A DNA stretch of 64,000 nt, from assembly GCA_973895155.1 (NCBI GenBank), contig OZ316898.1, forward strand, positions 11,555,187 to 11,619,186, in the 5' to 3' direction. Numbering within the stretch: the stretch's first letter is position 1; every line of letters begins with the position of its first letter. Below, piece by piece: positions 27,561 to 38,605 of this stretch. A model generated the notes under the pieces. The model saw only the letters and a list, made by a program, of their open reading frames with translations. It made no database searches and was not told the origin of the DNA. This DNA comes from Marsupella aquatica (taxonomy: Eukaryota; Plantae; Marchantiophyta). Position numbers and translations under genes: made by a program.

Positions 27561-27917
27561 TGCAACGCACGGGTATTGAGCTAGTATCTCCATAATCCTC
27601 CATAATTCAACTGCTTCTTGTAAACAAAGCTCCAAGAAAATCAACAGGAGGATTGCATATTTATTTTAGTGTTTAAACTTAGATTCTATTGTCCCCGTTT
27701 CACCTTTAACCTCGAGTCTAACATGGGTCAATCTGGACCTAAAAACATTAGATAGTTACAAAAGAAAATACCATCTGAGTGCAAGACAGGTTTCTTTTGT
27801 GGTCCATCCGGGTTACTTGGGTCCATCGGGCTTCTTTTCTAACGTTGAGGCTCGTCACCAAACAAAAAAATAGTTTTCATAGTATTGAAGGCGACCCCCG
27901 GAACTCTGGTCTCCGCT

Positions 27918-27941
27918 AAACCCTAAACCCGCAAAACCCTA
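27918..27941 (+). promoter_or_regulatory. Telo-box elements (AAACCCTAA, AAACCCTA) upstream of EBP2
   Basis: AAACCCTAA at 27918-27926 and a second AAACCCTA nearby. Telo-boxes are typical of plant ribosome-biogenesis gene promoters. Confidence 0.65.
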
Positions 27942-28153
27942 GTACAGAATCGCTTTGCAGACTCGTTTCTAAGCTTTCTTTCGTGCAGAGAGCTTTCTAA
28001 ACCCTTTCGCACTGCTTTGCCTCTCTTCGCGAGCTGTGACTGAAATCAAGCTTTCCTCTCCGTATTCAATTCGATTCTTTGCTCAACGACAGCCCTCCCA
28101 TCAATCGCCCGTTCGCTGATTGCTTAGAATCGCACCGAGACGCGAAGAAAAAT

Positions 28154-29416
28154 ATGGCCGATCCGGAAGAATCTGATTACTCAGAGAGCGGGGAGTCCGA
28201 CGAGGACAATTCGTCTTCCGATGAGGAGGAGCAGCACGAGAGGCCCGTAAAGGAGCCTCGCAAGGACGCCGCCTACAACGCTGTCGGGCTCCACGAGAAG
28301 CTCGAGGAGATCGGGTGGCCGGAGGACGTCGACTGGCTGCACTCCCTCGCCCTCACGTACCCTGATAATGGTGCCGCCATCGACGTCGATGATGATTTGC
28401 AGCGAGAGATGTCGTTCTACACTCAGGTCAGTCTCCCCTCACCCTCCCCTGTCCTCGTGCTGCTTACCGACAGATTTTTATGTGTCCTGAAGGTCTTAGA
28501 GTGGATTTGGATGATCAGAACAAATAATGCAAACGAATGCGCCAAATGTTACTCTCTAGAATTTGTCCAGAGACGATGCTTTGAATACTTTCATATATCA
28601 ACGCTGTGACGTTCGCAGCATCATCTATTCTCCCTGCACTTCCAAAATACACATTTGATACGCTCAACGTTAGCAGTGATTGTCGGTTTCCCTGGGAATG
28701 ATGAATGGTGGCATTTCTGAACGGAATGGATTGCAATGCAGGCACTGGAAGGGGCAAGGGAAGCTTATCAGAAGTTCCAGGCTCTTGGGATTCCTTTCCA
28801 GAGGCCCACAGATTACTACGCTGAGATGGTGAAAACCGACACTCACATGCTGAAAATTAAGGACAAGCTCCTGCAGGAGAAGTCGAAATTGGAGGACATG
28901 GACGAACGCAAGAAAGCTCGCGAGTCCAAGAAGTTTGCCAAGGAGGTGCAAGCAGAGAAGCTGAAAGAGCGGTCCAAGCGAAAGAAGGATGACATCGAGT
29001 CGGTGAAGAAGTGGCGAAAGGTCCGGCAAAAAAGCGGGTTCACAGAAGGAGGGGATGACGCACCTCCCATCGAATTTGACACGGGGAGGGGAGGCAAGCA
29101 GCAAAATGGGAATAAGTTCTCAGGGGGGCGGGGCCGGGATCGGGACCGTCAACCGTCAAAGAATAGGCAATTTAGGAATGAGAAGTATGGTAATGGAGGT
29201 AGGAAGAGTAACAAAAGGAATGACGCAGACTCTTCTGCTGATGACAGCACGTTTCAAGCGAGTTTCAAAGGTAGAGATAGAGGTTCTAGTAGAGGGCGGG
29301 GAGGAGGATCGTTCCGGGGGCGGTTTGGCAGCAGGGGTCGAGGTGGCCCAAGTAGGGGTCGAGGTGGCCTAAGCAGCAGGAGCTCTAGCCGTGGCAGGGG
29401 CCGTGGCAGGGGCTGA
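28154..29416 (+). CDS. EBP2: rRNA-processing protein EBP2, 2 exons, RGG-rich C-terminus
   Basis: Exons 28154-28426 and 28742-29416 (GT-AG, phase 0). Motifs IDVDDDLQREMSFYTQAL, PFQRPTDYYAEMVKTDTHMLKIK, KKFAKEVQ and KYGNGG. Acidic N-terminus. Confidence 0.95.
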
Positions 29417-30122
29417 ATTTGAAGAGCAAGGCTTAGGCTTTTGTAAATCAATGATTTCACTATGTTCGCGCCAACAAAATCGGTAGATTCATTTTTCATC
29501 GAATCTTCCCAAAAAATTTCGTTCTCTTCTTGTTTCAAGGATTCGTCCTTCACTTCCCTGCAGTGTTTCACCTTCGCTTATAATTATTCACCCGCGTACT
29601 TTGTGTCTTATATTTCCACCAAGTGTTTCCACCAAGTGCATGACTGTTAGAGGTTCCTACTCAAATTGGTCAGTGGACGACTTCCCTTCCTGCAGGATGT
29701 CTCATCCATACCCCTAAGACGTTTTGAAGCTGGCCATGAAGAGACATTTGAAGGCAACGCGTGTGTATTCTATTGATCCTTTCCTCTCCTTGGCTGAAAG
29801 TGGATATGCTGAACCACATGTGTTCTTGTGTCTTATTCTTGCTGCCTGCATTGCAAAGACTAGCGCACCACAGTCCAACGTTTTGGGTGTCTTTTGTTTG
29901 TACTACTAGGAGTAATGACCTGCAAGATTCGTGTATGTCATTCAATGAGCTGCATCGTTTTATTAGCTCGAGGCCATATGGAAGCACTTGCAGAGGAAGG
30001 TACTGTATTCGTGTCTGTCATTGAATAAGCTGCATCTTCTCATTAACTCCAGCCCATATGGAAGCAATTGTAGAGAAAGATACTGTATCAGATACTGACC
30101 TTCCTGATCGCAATGTTTTCAT

Positions 30123-30707
30123 TCACGACTTACCTACCATTGATGACTTATACGGCATCATCACGTAACTAGAGATATTCTCTTTTGATTTCTTTATGCA
30201 TTCAACACCTGCCCGATGTCTGAACTCTGTAGTCTTTCTCTCGACTACCAAGTGCTTCTTATCTCGAGCGTCAAATCGTCTGCAATTGAGCTTGGGAAAA
30301 ACAAAACTAGAAATTAATTCACCAATCTCGTTATCTGATCCTCCTGTGTATTCTCTCCCTGGGTGCCAAGCGTTTGTTGTTCTCGACAGGTAAACCTTCT
30401 GCAATTGAGATTGCTGAAAACTGAAGTAGAAAACTCATCATAGATAACACTGCCTGATTCAGCTAGACGCTGCTACTTCAATCGAGTGCCTCCCCAGCAT
30501 AAATAGGACGGTACCTTCAATCTGAGTCTATCGGATGGCCATGGAAGCCCTGGAACAGCAGCTCGAATGTAGGAGGGAGGAGCGAAGCACAAAGCTAATT
30601 AGATTCCCACACTCACCTAGAATGTGGAAAAGAAACCACTTTGCAAACTCCAGATCTCCCTTGTATTTCGCATACAGCTCCCTTGCATCTCCATGTGACA
30701 TCGGCAT
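30123..30707 (-). CDS. Putative spliced J-domain-like protein (HPG instead of HPD); may be partial or a pseudogene
   Basis: Joining 30707-30617, 30549-30515 and 30398-30123 (GT-AG introns of 67 and 116 nt, phases compatible) gives ...FHILGLPWPSDRLRLKKVYLSRTTNAWHPGRE..., resembling DnaJ helices I-II and the loop. Confidence 0.4.
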
Positions 30708-30749
30708 CACCAGATCCACAGATCCAGTACCATTCTCTCTTTGAACGTT

Positions 30750-31152
30750 TACTTGACATTCAAACCTTTTCTCCATTTTCCCATCTTGGACCGCATTAAC
30801 ATTCAAGCCCGTTTTGCAGTGACCTACTTGCATAAAACTCCATTGCAGTGACTCACCCTCACCCCAAAATTACACTTGACATTCAAATCTATTTTTCTCT
30901 TCTCCACCTTGGACCTCATTAACATGCAAGCCCATTTTGCAATGACCTATTTGCACAAAACTCCATTGCACTGACTCTCCCTCACCCCCAATTTCACTTG
31001 ACATTCGAATCTATTCTTTCTTCCCCACCTTGGACCTCATTCACATTCAAGCCCGTTTTGCAGTGACCTACTTGCATAAAAGTCCGTTGCACTAACTCAC
31101 CCTCACCCCCAATTTCACTTGACATTCAAATCTATTCTTCTCTTCCCCACCT
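30750..31152. repeat. Tandem array of a ~122-bp unit (about 3.3 copies)
   Basis: ttgacattc recurs at 30753, 30876, 30998 and 31119, with conserved cagtgacctacttgcataaaa...ccctcacccc. Confidence 0.9.
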
Positions 31153-32973
31153 TACGCCCCTAGAGTTGTGGTATAGAGGCTTTACTGTAGACCTAGGTCT
31201 TCTGCGTGAGCTTTACTAGTAAGATGGAGGAGAATCTTACTAAACAGATTATTCAGATCTTGACCAGGCATTAGAGTTGTACTCAAATGTACATGATGAA
31301 ACTCTGAAAAGTAGTTGAGATAAGTAGTAGTTGAGATAAGCCCCAAAAAGTGTCACGCGAATTGCTCCCCTTAAGCTCTTAACTCAACCAAACTCTGGTT
31401 GGGTTGACTAAGTACTCCACTCTGAGACACTCCAGAGACTGCTGAAACTAAACAAAGCATCAAACACAATGAAATTACCCACTAGCTCACTCCACACTGC
31501 TGAACACAGATGAAACAAAAAGACTTCCTAACTAGCTCAACTAAAACTAAACTGCAATCCCGATTGACAATTTTGCAATTGAAATGGAAATGTTGATATG
31601 TTTGTGATGATCTCCACTATTTGGCCAGATGATTGTAGTGTGCACACAGTTTTGGAGACTACTAATATTGGTGACTTCTTGGCTACATAAGGTGCTATCA
31701 TTTATGCTGCCAAGGAGGAGTTGGTTGATGCGGTTTGTGGAGGAGCCGTGACTATAGCATTTATTAGTTTTGATGGAGGCTGTCCCTAAAGTCAAAAGCA
31801 TATGTTATATGCAAATTGTGCACGTTAAAAGTGACTATGATTTGTCTAGATGTATGGCTGTGTGGTAATTCACTTGAGACTCATAGGTCTAGTGTTCAAA
31901 TGTTGTAATTAAGTGTTCCTTTTCTTTGGGGTTTCACAGATTTCCCTTTGAAATTGAAAAAAAGGTGACTAGTTTTTGTGAAAAAGGTGACTAGTTTTTG
32001 TGAAATTGCTATTATGAATCTTAATTACGGACCCCACTAGAGGTTCCTTCCAAAATTCCTGGCACCACAGCGTGCCACGTCAGCAACAACCGCAACAAAC
32101 AAGAATGGTCATGTTTGCGCAACGAATAAACTCCTCTCCATCTTGTTTACGTCGCTTTTCGTGTAATTTTATGGACGCCATGCCGTCAAAACATAATGTA
32201 AAAGTAATTAAAAGTAATTCATCCAAATCTATTGATACAAAGGGCAAGATTAAAAACATTCACCCATATTCTCTTTACTTAAATTTATAAATGTTTTTTT
32301 GTAAAAGTAAATAGTGATCAACTTAAACAGTAACCGTATTCCTGTGTAACTGCCGAAATAAAACCGTCAGAACAAAAGAAGCACATCAACATTTCGAAAG
32401 GGAGGAAGGCTTTTGATGAAAGTAATGAAAAAAGAGGAAAGCTCGAAAGGAGTTTTGCCTCTTGAAGTGCAAAGTAAAGAGGAATGCTGAAGAAACAAAA
32501 TCAAAAACGATCAGAAGCCGAATGAAGAAAGCAAAAATGAGAACTGATCGAGGACAGAAAAGAGGCGCAACACATCTTAATCAGAAACAAATAGATCGAG
32601 CAAAAAGAAGGAGAAGCAAAGAGAATCGATAAGGACATCGATAAGAGCATCGATAAGGACATCGATAAGGACATTGACTAGCAACGAATGCAGGTCAAAA
32701 CTCTAATCTATACACGACAGGAGAGGACAGTAGCCATGCACGACAGGGGAGGTAATTGCTTACGCAGGGCATGGCCTGGTGACGCATTTTAGCAGTAGAT
32801 TCACCTTTGTGCGATGTTTGATTCGAGAACATGTCAATTTATTGTACGCCTGCTGCTTTCAGTATTTCTTTTGTTTACCGCACTCCATTTGCTCCGAAGT
32901 CCGAGATGAAAGCATGTCAATTAAATCTTCCCCTTCTGCCTTCCTTTCAACAATAATTAAGTAATGTTTCCAT

Positions 32974-34151
32974 TTACTCCTGAGTCTGAAGATGAAAACA
33001 TCTCGTCAAGTATGACGGACGCGCGTGGAGATCGACCAAAAGCTTACATATGTTTCTCAACGCTTTTCCAACTCCTTCATCTTGGTCTGCAATATACCAA
33101 ATTTTGCACTTTCTGCTGTACGAGAACTTTCTGATTCCCTCGATCAGTTCTTGCGTGCGCTCTTGTAGCTTCTTTTCTAAATCGGCCACACGGACCCGGA
33201 GTTCATCTTGTTCCTGCGTAAACCTTCCTTCAATTCTTTCGTCTGGAACATGATTCTCTGAATGTCAATTCACCCAGAGCCTTGTGATGAGATGAATTTG
33301 AGTGAGAACAAACAAGCCAAGTCAGACAGTACTCAAAATTAGGACTCGAGAAATTACGGAACCTTCTCGACCTTAATTAGCTCTTCCGAAAGCTGCAGGA
33401 GAGAAACAAAATCGGGAAAATGCAATCGCCAATGTCAACTATATATTAAATATTGACCTTTGATTGATTGTGTTCACAAAACGTGTGAGTGCAGTTCCAA
33501 TTAATTACTTTTACACAGCATGTTACTAACCGCGGTTTGTAGTGGAGGTCCCTAGTCTCACCAGTTCTTGCTGATTGAGTTTGATGTTTCCATAGACTAA
33601 ACCCAATGTCTGATTGTGAGCATAGAAATTTACTGTCGGCATTGAAGAGGAGTAAAGGTCGGTTTACAATTCTGCACATTGAAAAACCTCGTTTCATCTC
33701 CCCTGCCGTGTGCTGAATTGCGCAAAGCAGTAGGGAAGTTTAGTTTTGTGTTCCAAATTCCAATCAGGACTTCACTGTTTAATTTCCTTGTTTAATAAAA
33801 TGATCGGCTTTGCCTTTGTTTTGTAACTTTTTCAATCTGCTTTCGACTCAAGTTTGTGGATATTAGATTAATTTTGAGCAGCAGGCAACACTTCGATTGG
33901 AAGCCAATCCATGTCAACCAAAATTGGTGTTGAATTGAAACTGGTTGGAATCATGTCACAAAGCATTAATAAATAAGATATCAATGTCGCGTGAGAATTT
34001 AGAGTCACTTATAATCTGCATCATTCTGCTCTAGAGACTCCTTACAGATACACATTCGGCCCTTACCTTTGTTGGTGGCTCTTAACTTTACTGCGCCCTG
34101 AGATTTCCCACCATGTTTTTCCAGATAGATTTTTTTGTTCGAGTGGGCCAT
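32974..34151 (-). CDS. Putative 4-exon coiled-coil orphan protein (about 129 aa), possibly decaying
   Basis: Joining 34151-34067, 33596-33562, 33392-33363 and 33213-32974 (all GT-AG, phases compatible) gives MAHSNKKIYLEK...LNQQELLSEELIKVEKEQDELRVRVADLEKKLQERTQEL..., with a heptad pattern. No family recognised. Confidence 0.4.
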
Positions 34152-35074
34152 ACACGATCGGGGCAGAGAAGAGCTGTAAGGCAGCGACCTGAGCAGAAGA
34201 AAAAGGCAAAAGCAGATCGATCGAACAAGGTCAACTTTCTTATGAGCACCTCCTTGTCAAACACACTGAGTAATTAATTGTCATTCTCGGGCGAGAACTG
34301 TAAATATGTGGAGTCAAGTTAGGAACGATCTTGTCCTCAGCATGGAGTCAGTGCTCAATAATAGACTCTTTGCCCTTGGGGACTGTAATATGATGTGCTT
34401 TCAGGAATTGAAGTCAGCAACATACACTTTCACAATCATTTATAGCAAAACTTGCTGACGACGTCCACTTGGCAATTGCAATGCTGTCCCTAAACTGGCA
34501 CCTCAAAATTCATGTTCAGTGTCAAGTAGTTTGGCCAAGACTTACACCAAAGCGCCTATGATTAGGGCATTCACCATTTTTTTCCTTCACAAGCAAGGAA
34601 ACTAACTTATACTATACATCAAATAGCTACAGTTGAAATGCCTCCATGTATTGAGATTCTATAGCCTTGAACTTAGCGACCTCCCACAAGCCGATCTTGA
34701 AAGGAGAGCAAATGAACAATCGTCTCAATTAAGCTGGCCCAAAAAAGTCATTGTAATGCATCACAGTCGAGTTCCTGCGAGCCGAAGGTTTTTGGTAATC
34801 GAGACTGATCTTGAAAGGAGAGCAGATGATCACAACTCAACTTCAAAATAGTAAACACATTCAGTCCTAGTACAAGAACTCAATGGCTAAACACCCGGCG
34901 AACTAAAAAGGAGTAACACACGACAGCAGTTCTTTAACTTGGGCTGCTGCCATATCACAGCATAGGACAAATCCTTATTTCAAGGAGGCCAGAATCATTA
35001 CAGACAGTAGCAATCTGCATGTAGAGAAACCCTACCCATACTTAGAGCCTATAATTAGACTGAAATTTATAGTC

Positions 35075-36940
35075 AGATGTATTTTATAGGCTAGGCTATC
35101 TTACTAATAATTTTCAAAGCTACGTAAGGCCTATGGTCTAGAGTTAGCAACTCCCAATAAAGACAAAACTGATAATGAGTCTTTAATAATCACACAACTT
35201 AAAAAATGAAGATAAACAAAAAAAACAGTATGGGGGAGGGTGAACAAAGAACTATATGGGCAAAGATGAACCCAAATTAAAGCATACTTAGAATTGTTTG
35301 CGTGCAAGCTCTTTCTTTCTACATATCTCTACTTTCAAGGAACCTTGGGTAAGAGGCCTAGTTAGTGTAACTTACTACAGGTGGACACTTTATCTAATGG
35401 AAAGTTTGTTTGATACTCACACAAGTCTTCTTGCAGAAAGGGCATGCTGTGTAAGCCGACTTACTTAATGTTCGGGAAGTTGGATGTGAGTTTTCAAGTT
35501 ACCTAGAGAAGTGAAGCTCCGGATAAGTTAAACAGCACTTCTACATACAGGTTTGCTGTCTCCTGCATCAAGTTCTTCCTGCTTTTTGTGTGGTCCCTAA
35601 CATGATTATTGAACGCTAAACTCCTTGCTATTTTCTAATATAATTTGGTTTTTTAATTTGGCATTTACTTTGTTGCGGTCCTTTTAAGACGGTTTAGTTT
35701 GCTTCGAATCCGGACCAATTCCAAATCATAGCCATGTCTGAATTGTGTTTTGTCATTACAATTTTGAATTGCAACAAAGATCCTCACTTCGTAAACAACA
35801 TGAAATTAGATTGACACCTGAAATAAACTTAAATGAGTCACAATTTTATGTGAGATGTATTTTATAGGCTAAGCTATCTTACTAATAATTTGCAAAGCTA
35901 CTTAAGGCCTATGGTCTAGAGTTGGCAACTCCCAATAAAGACAAAACTGATAATGAGTCTTTAATAATCACACAACTTAAAAAATGAAGATAAACAAAAA
36001 AAACAGTATGGGGCAGGGTGGACAAAGAACTAGATGGGCAAAGATGAACCCAAATTAAAGCATACTTAGAATTGTTTCCGTGCAAGCTTTTCTTTCTTCA
36101 TATCTCTAGTTTCAACGAGTCTTGGATAAGAGGCCTAGTTAATGTAACTTATAGAGGTGGACACTTTATCTAATGGAAAGTTTGTTTGGTACTCACACAA
36201 TTTTTGCAGAAAGGTCATGGTGTGTCGGCCGACTTACTAAATGGTGTTCAGGAAGTTGGACGTGAGTTTTCAAGTTACCTAGAGAAGAGAAGCTCCGAAT
36301 AAGTTAAACAGCGCTTCTACATACAGGTTTGATGTCTCCTGACTTTCAAAAAAACAGTATGGGGGAGGGTGAACAAAGAAGTTCTAGATGGGCAAAGATG
36401 AACCCAAATTAAAGCATACTTAGAATTGTTTCCGTGCAAGCTTTTTCTTTCTTCATATCTCTAGTTTCAACGAGTCTTGGGTAAGAGGCCTAGTTAGTGT
36501 AACTTATAGAGGTGGACACTTTATATAATGGAAAGTTTGTTTGGTACTCACACAAGTCTTCTTGCAGAAAGGGCATGGTGTGTCGGCCGACTTACTTAAT
36601 GGTGTTCGGGAAGTTGGACGTGAGTTTTCAAGTTACCTAGAGAAGAGAAGCTCCGAATAAGTTAAACAACGCTTCTACATACAGGTTTGCTGTCTCCTGA
36701 CTTCAAGTTCTTCCTGCTTTTTGTGTGGTCCCTAACATGATTCTTGAACCCTAAAATCCTTGCTATTTTCTAATATAACTTTTCGCTATTTAATTTGGCA
36801 TTTACTCTGTTGCGGTCCTTTAAGACGGTTTAGTGTGCTTCAAATCCGGACCAACTCCAAATCATAGCCATGTTTGAATTGCTTTTTGTCATTACAATTT
36901 TGAATTGCAACAAAGATCCTCACTTTGTAAAGAACATGAA
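35075..36940. repeat. Tandem array of a ~780-bp unit (1 full and 2 partial copies)
   Basis: agatgtattttataggcta at 35075 and 35853. A third copy restarts at about 36348 (aaaaaacagtatggggg) and is cut off abruptly at 36940 by a T-run and (TA)n tract. Confidence 0.92.
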
Positions 36941-37237
36941 GAATTTTTTTTTAATATATACATATATATATATATATATACAAATATATCTTTATATTGA
37001 CTGAGTATTAAACCTATATAATTCATTAGATCACTAGCGTCCTCCACCAGCATAGTGTCCAAACGCAAGACTTGATCCCGGTTGGGATCATTGTCTTGGA
37101 CAAATTTCTTGATTCGGCTAACATGGTAGCTTTTGCCCACGCCCATTTACTTGTGGGTTTACGTGGGTGTCTCCAACACCACCTAAACCGTATTATCTTT
37201 GTGGGCCTATCGTGTGAATGATGCGATAGGGTTTCGC

Positions 37238-38185
37238 ATACCTAGGAGAACTATACCTTGATTGGTAATTATTATGTTAGTATTGCTCTAACCGAACCCT
37301 AGAGCGGCACGCTTAGAGATGTGTAACGTAAATGAGCTTTAGGGGTGATACCCAAAACTGGGAGAACTATGCCTTGACTTGGTACAAGTCTTGGAAGAAG
37401 TTTCAAGAGGACTCCTTGCCGTTAACTTGGGAAAACCTAGTTGAGGGTCTTCGTGCTCATGTCACCACTAAGTACCTAGAGCGGCACGCTTAATAGAAAT
37501 GTGTAACGTAAATGAGCTTTAGGGGTGATACCCAAAACTGGGAGGACTATGCCTTGACTTGACCGTACAAGTCTTGGAAGAAGTCGCAAGAGGACTCCTC
37601 CTTGCCGTTAACTTGGGAAAACCTAGTTGAGGGTCTTTGTGCTCATGTCACCACTAAGTACCTAGAGCGGCACGCTTAGAGATGTGCAACGTAAATGAGC
37701 TTTAGGGGTGATATCCAAATGCTAATCACTTATTATCAAAACCAGTTGGTGTGTATCCCGACGGGGCAAGAGACACTACATACACAACTGCACAACTTTA
37801 TAGTGATTCACGTGTGGCGCCATGGGTCATCAAAGTAAGGATTGTTCCACCAAAGGTGGCAAGCCGAGCGGAGATGGAGGGCAGAAGGGCATTAAGTAAT
37901 GCTCTAACCAAAATACCTAGGAGAACTATGCCTTGACTTGGTACAAGTCTTGGTAAATGAGCTTTAGGGGTGATATCCAAAATCTCATCACTTATTATCA
38001 AACCAGTTGGTGTGTATCCCGACGGGGCAAGAGACCCTACATACACAACTGCACACCTTTATAGTGATTCACGTGTGGCGCCATGGGTCATCATTGAAGT
38101 AAGGATTGTGCCACCAAAGGTGGCAAGCCAAGCGGAGATGGAGGACAAAAGGGCAATAATGTAAGTATTGCTCTGACCGAACCCT
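37238..38185 (+). pseudogene. Scrambled, tandemly amplified Ty3/gypsy-like Gag fragments
   Basis: 37332-37493 translates MSFRGDTQNWENYALTWYKSWKKFQEDSLPLTWENLVEGLRAHVTTKYLERHA, the A-x-x-W...TWExLxxxLR pattern of retrotransposon Gag. Later modules read LITYYQNQL...QLHTFI and APWVIIEVRIVPPK. A ~180-bp unit and a ~262-bp unit each occur twice, with small indels. Confidence 0.6.
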
Positions 38186-38262
38186 TAGTAGTTGATGAGG
38201 TCCCTGTAGGGGATATGCCTATCAAAGAGAAGGTGTTGTTGTGAGAGAAATTACGTAAGGTT

Positions 38263-38560
38263 ATGACTATAAATCCTAACAAGCCAATTTTTGTGAATGT
38301 CACAAGTTCTAACGATAATCTGGGTGTTGCGTTGGTGGATACAGGCGCGGGCGCCTGCTTCATGAGTGGCATCACCTTCGAGTAGTGTTTATGGCATGAC
38401 CTTTGAGTAGTGTTTATGGCATGACTTTCGGGTAGTGTTTGGCGCTTTGCTAACTTGGGTTGGAGCCAAGCAACCAACTCTTCTTGGTAACTACAAGATC
38501 GTGATAAGCAAGACTCGTTTCTGAAATTTCATTGAGCGAATTTTGGATGGACCCTAGCTA
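38263..38560 (+). pseudogene. Retropepsin-type aspartic protease relic
   Basis: MTINPNKPIFVNVTSSNDNLGVALVDTGAGACFMS, with DTGA at 38338-38349. It is followed by stops, a 25-bp tandem duplication and a DSFLKFH*ANF segment resembling the protease C-terminal motif. Confidence 0.7.
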
Positions 38561-38605
38561 AGAAAACTGACGAGTCCATAATCCTTTGCATAGGTCTCCC
38601 CAAAA

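Larger units (their letters stand above)
24204..27584 (+). mobile_element. Non-autonomous canonical Helitron complex (two head-to-tail units, three 3'-end motifs)
   Basis: 5' A|TC end: TCCTAA/GCTATAATACAAGGTTGCG once the MITE is removed. Second 5' unit TCTATAATACAAGGTTGCG at 25973. 3' end GTGCAACGCACGGGTATTGAGCTAG|T at 27560-27584 (hairpin plus CTAG, the plant Helitron consensus). Decayed 3' ends ...GGTATTGAGCTAT at about 25950-25967 and 27063-27086. Confidence 0.8.

Noticed and set aside
27217-27595. 12-aa repeat protein (LGDTTSFVLNDI)
   Set aside because: Translation of a 36-bp minisatellite that is open in several frames.
36892-37146. Minus-strand ORF starting MGVGKS (Walker-A-like)
   Set aside because: The motif is incomplete and the ORF runs through a (TA)n tract and the tandem repeat; likely chance.
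37238-38185. CRISPR-like repeat/spacer array
   Set aside because: The intervening segments are themselves repeated, units are 180-260 bp, there are no cas genes, the context is eukaryotic, and the sequence translates as Gag-like fragments.
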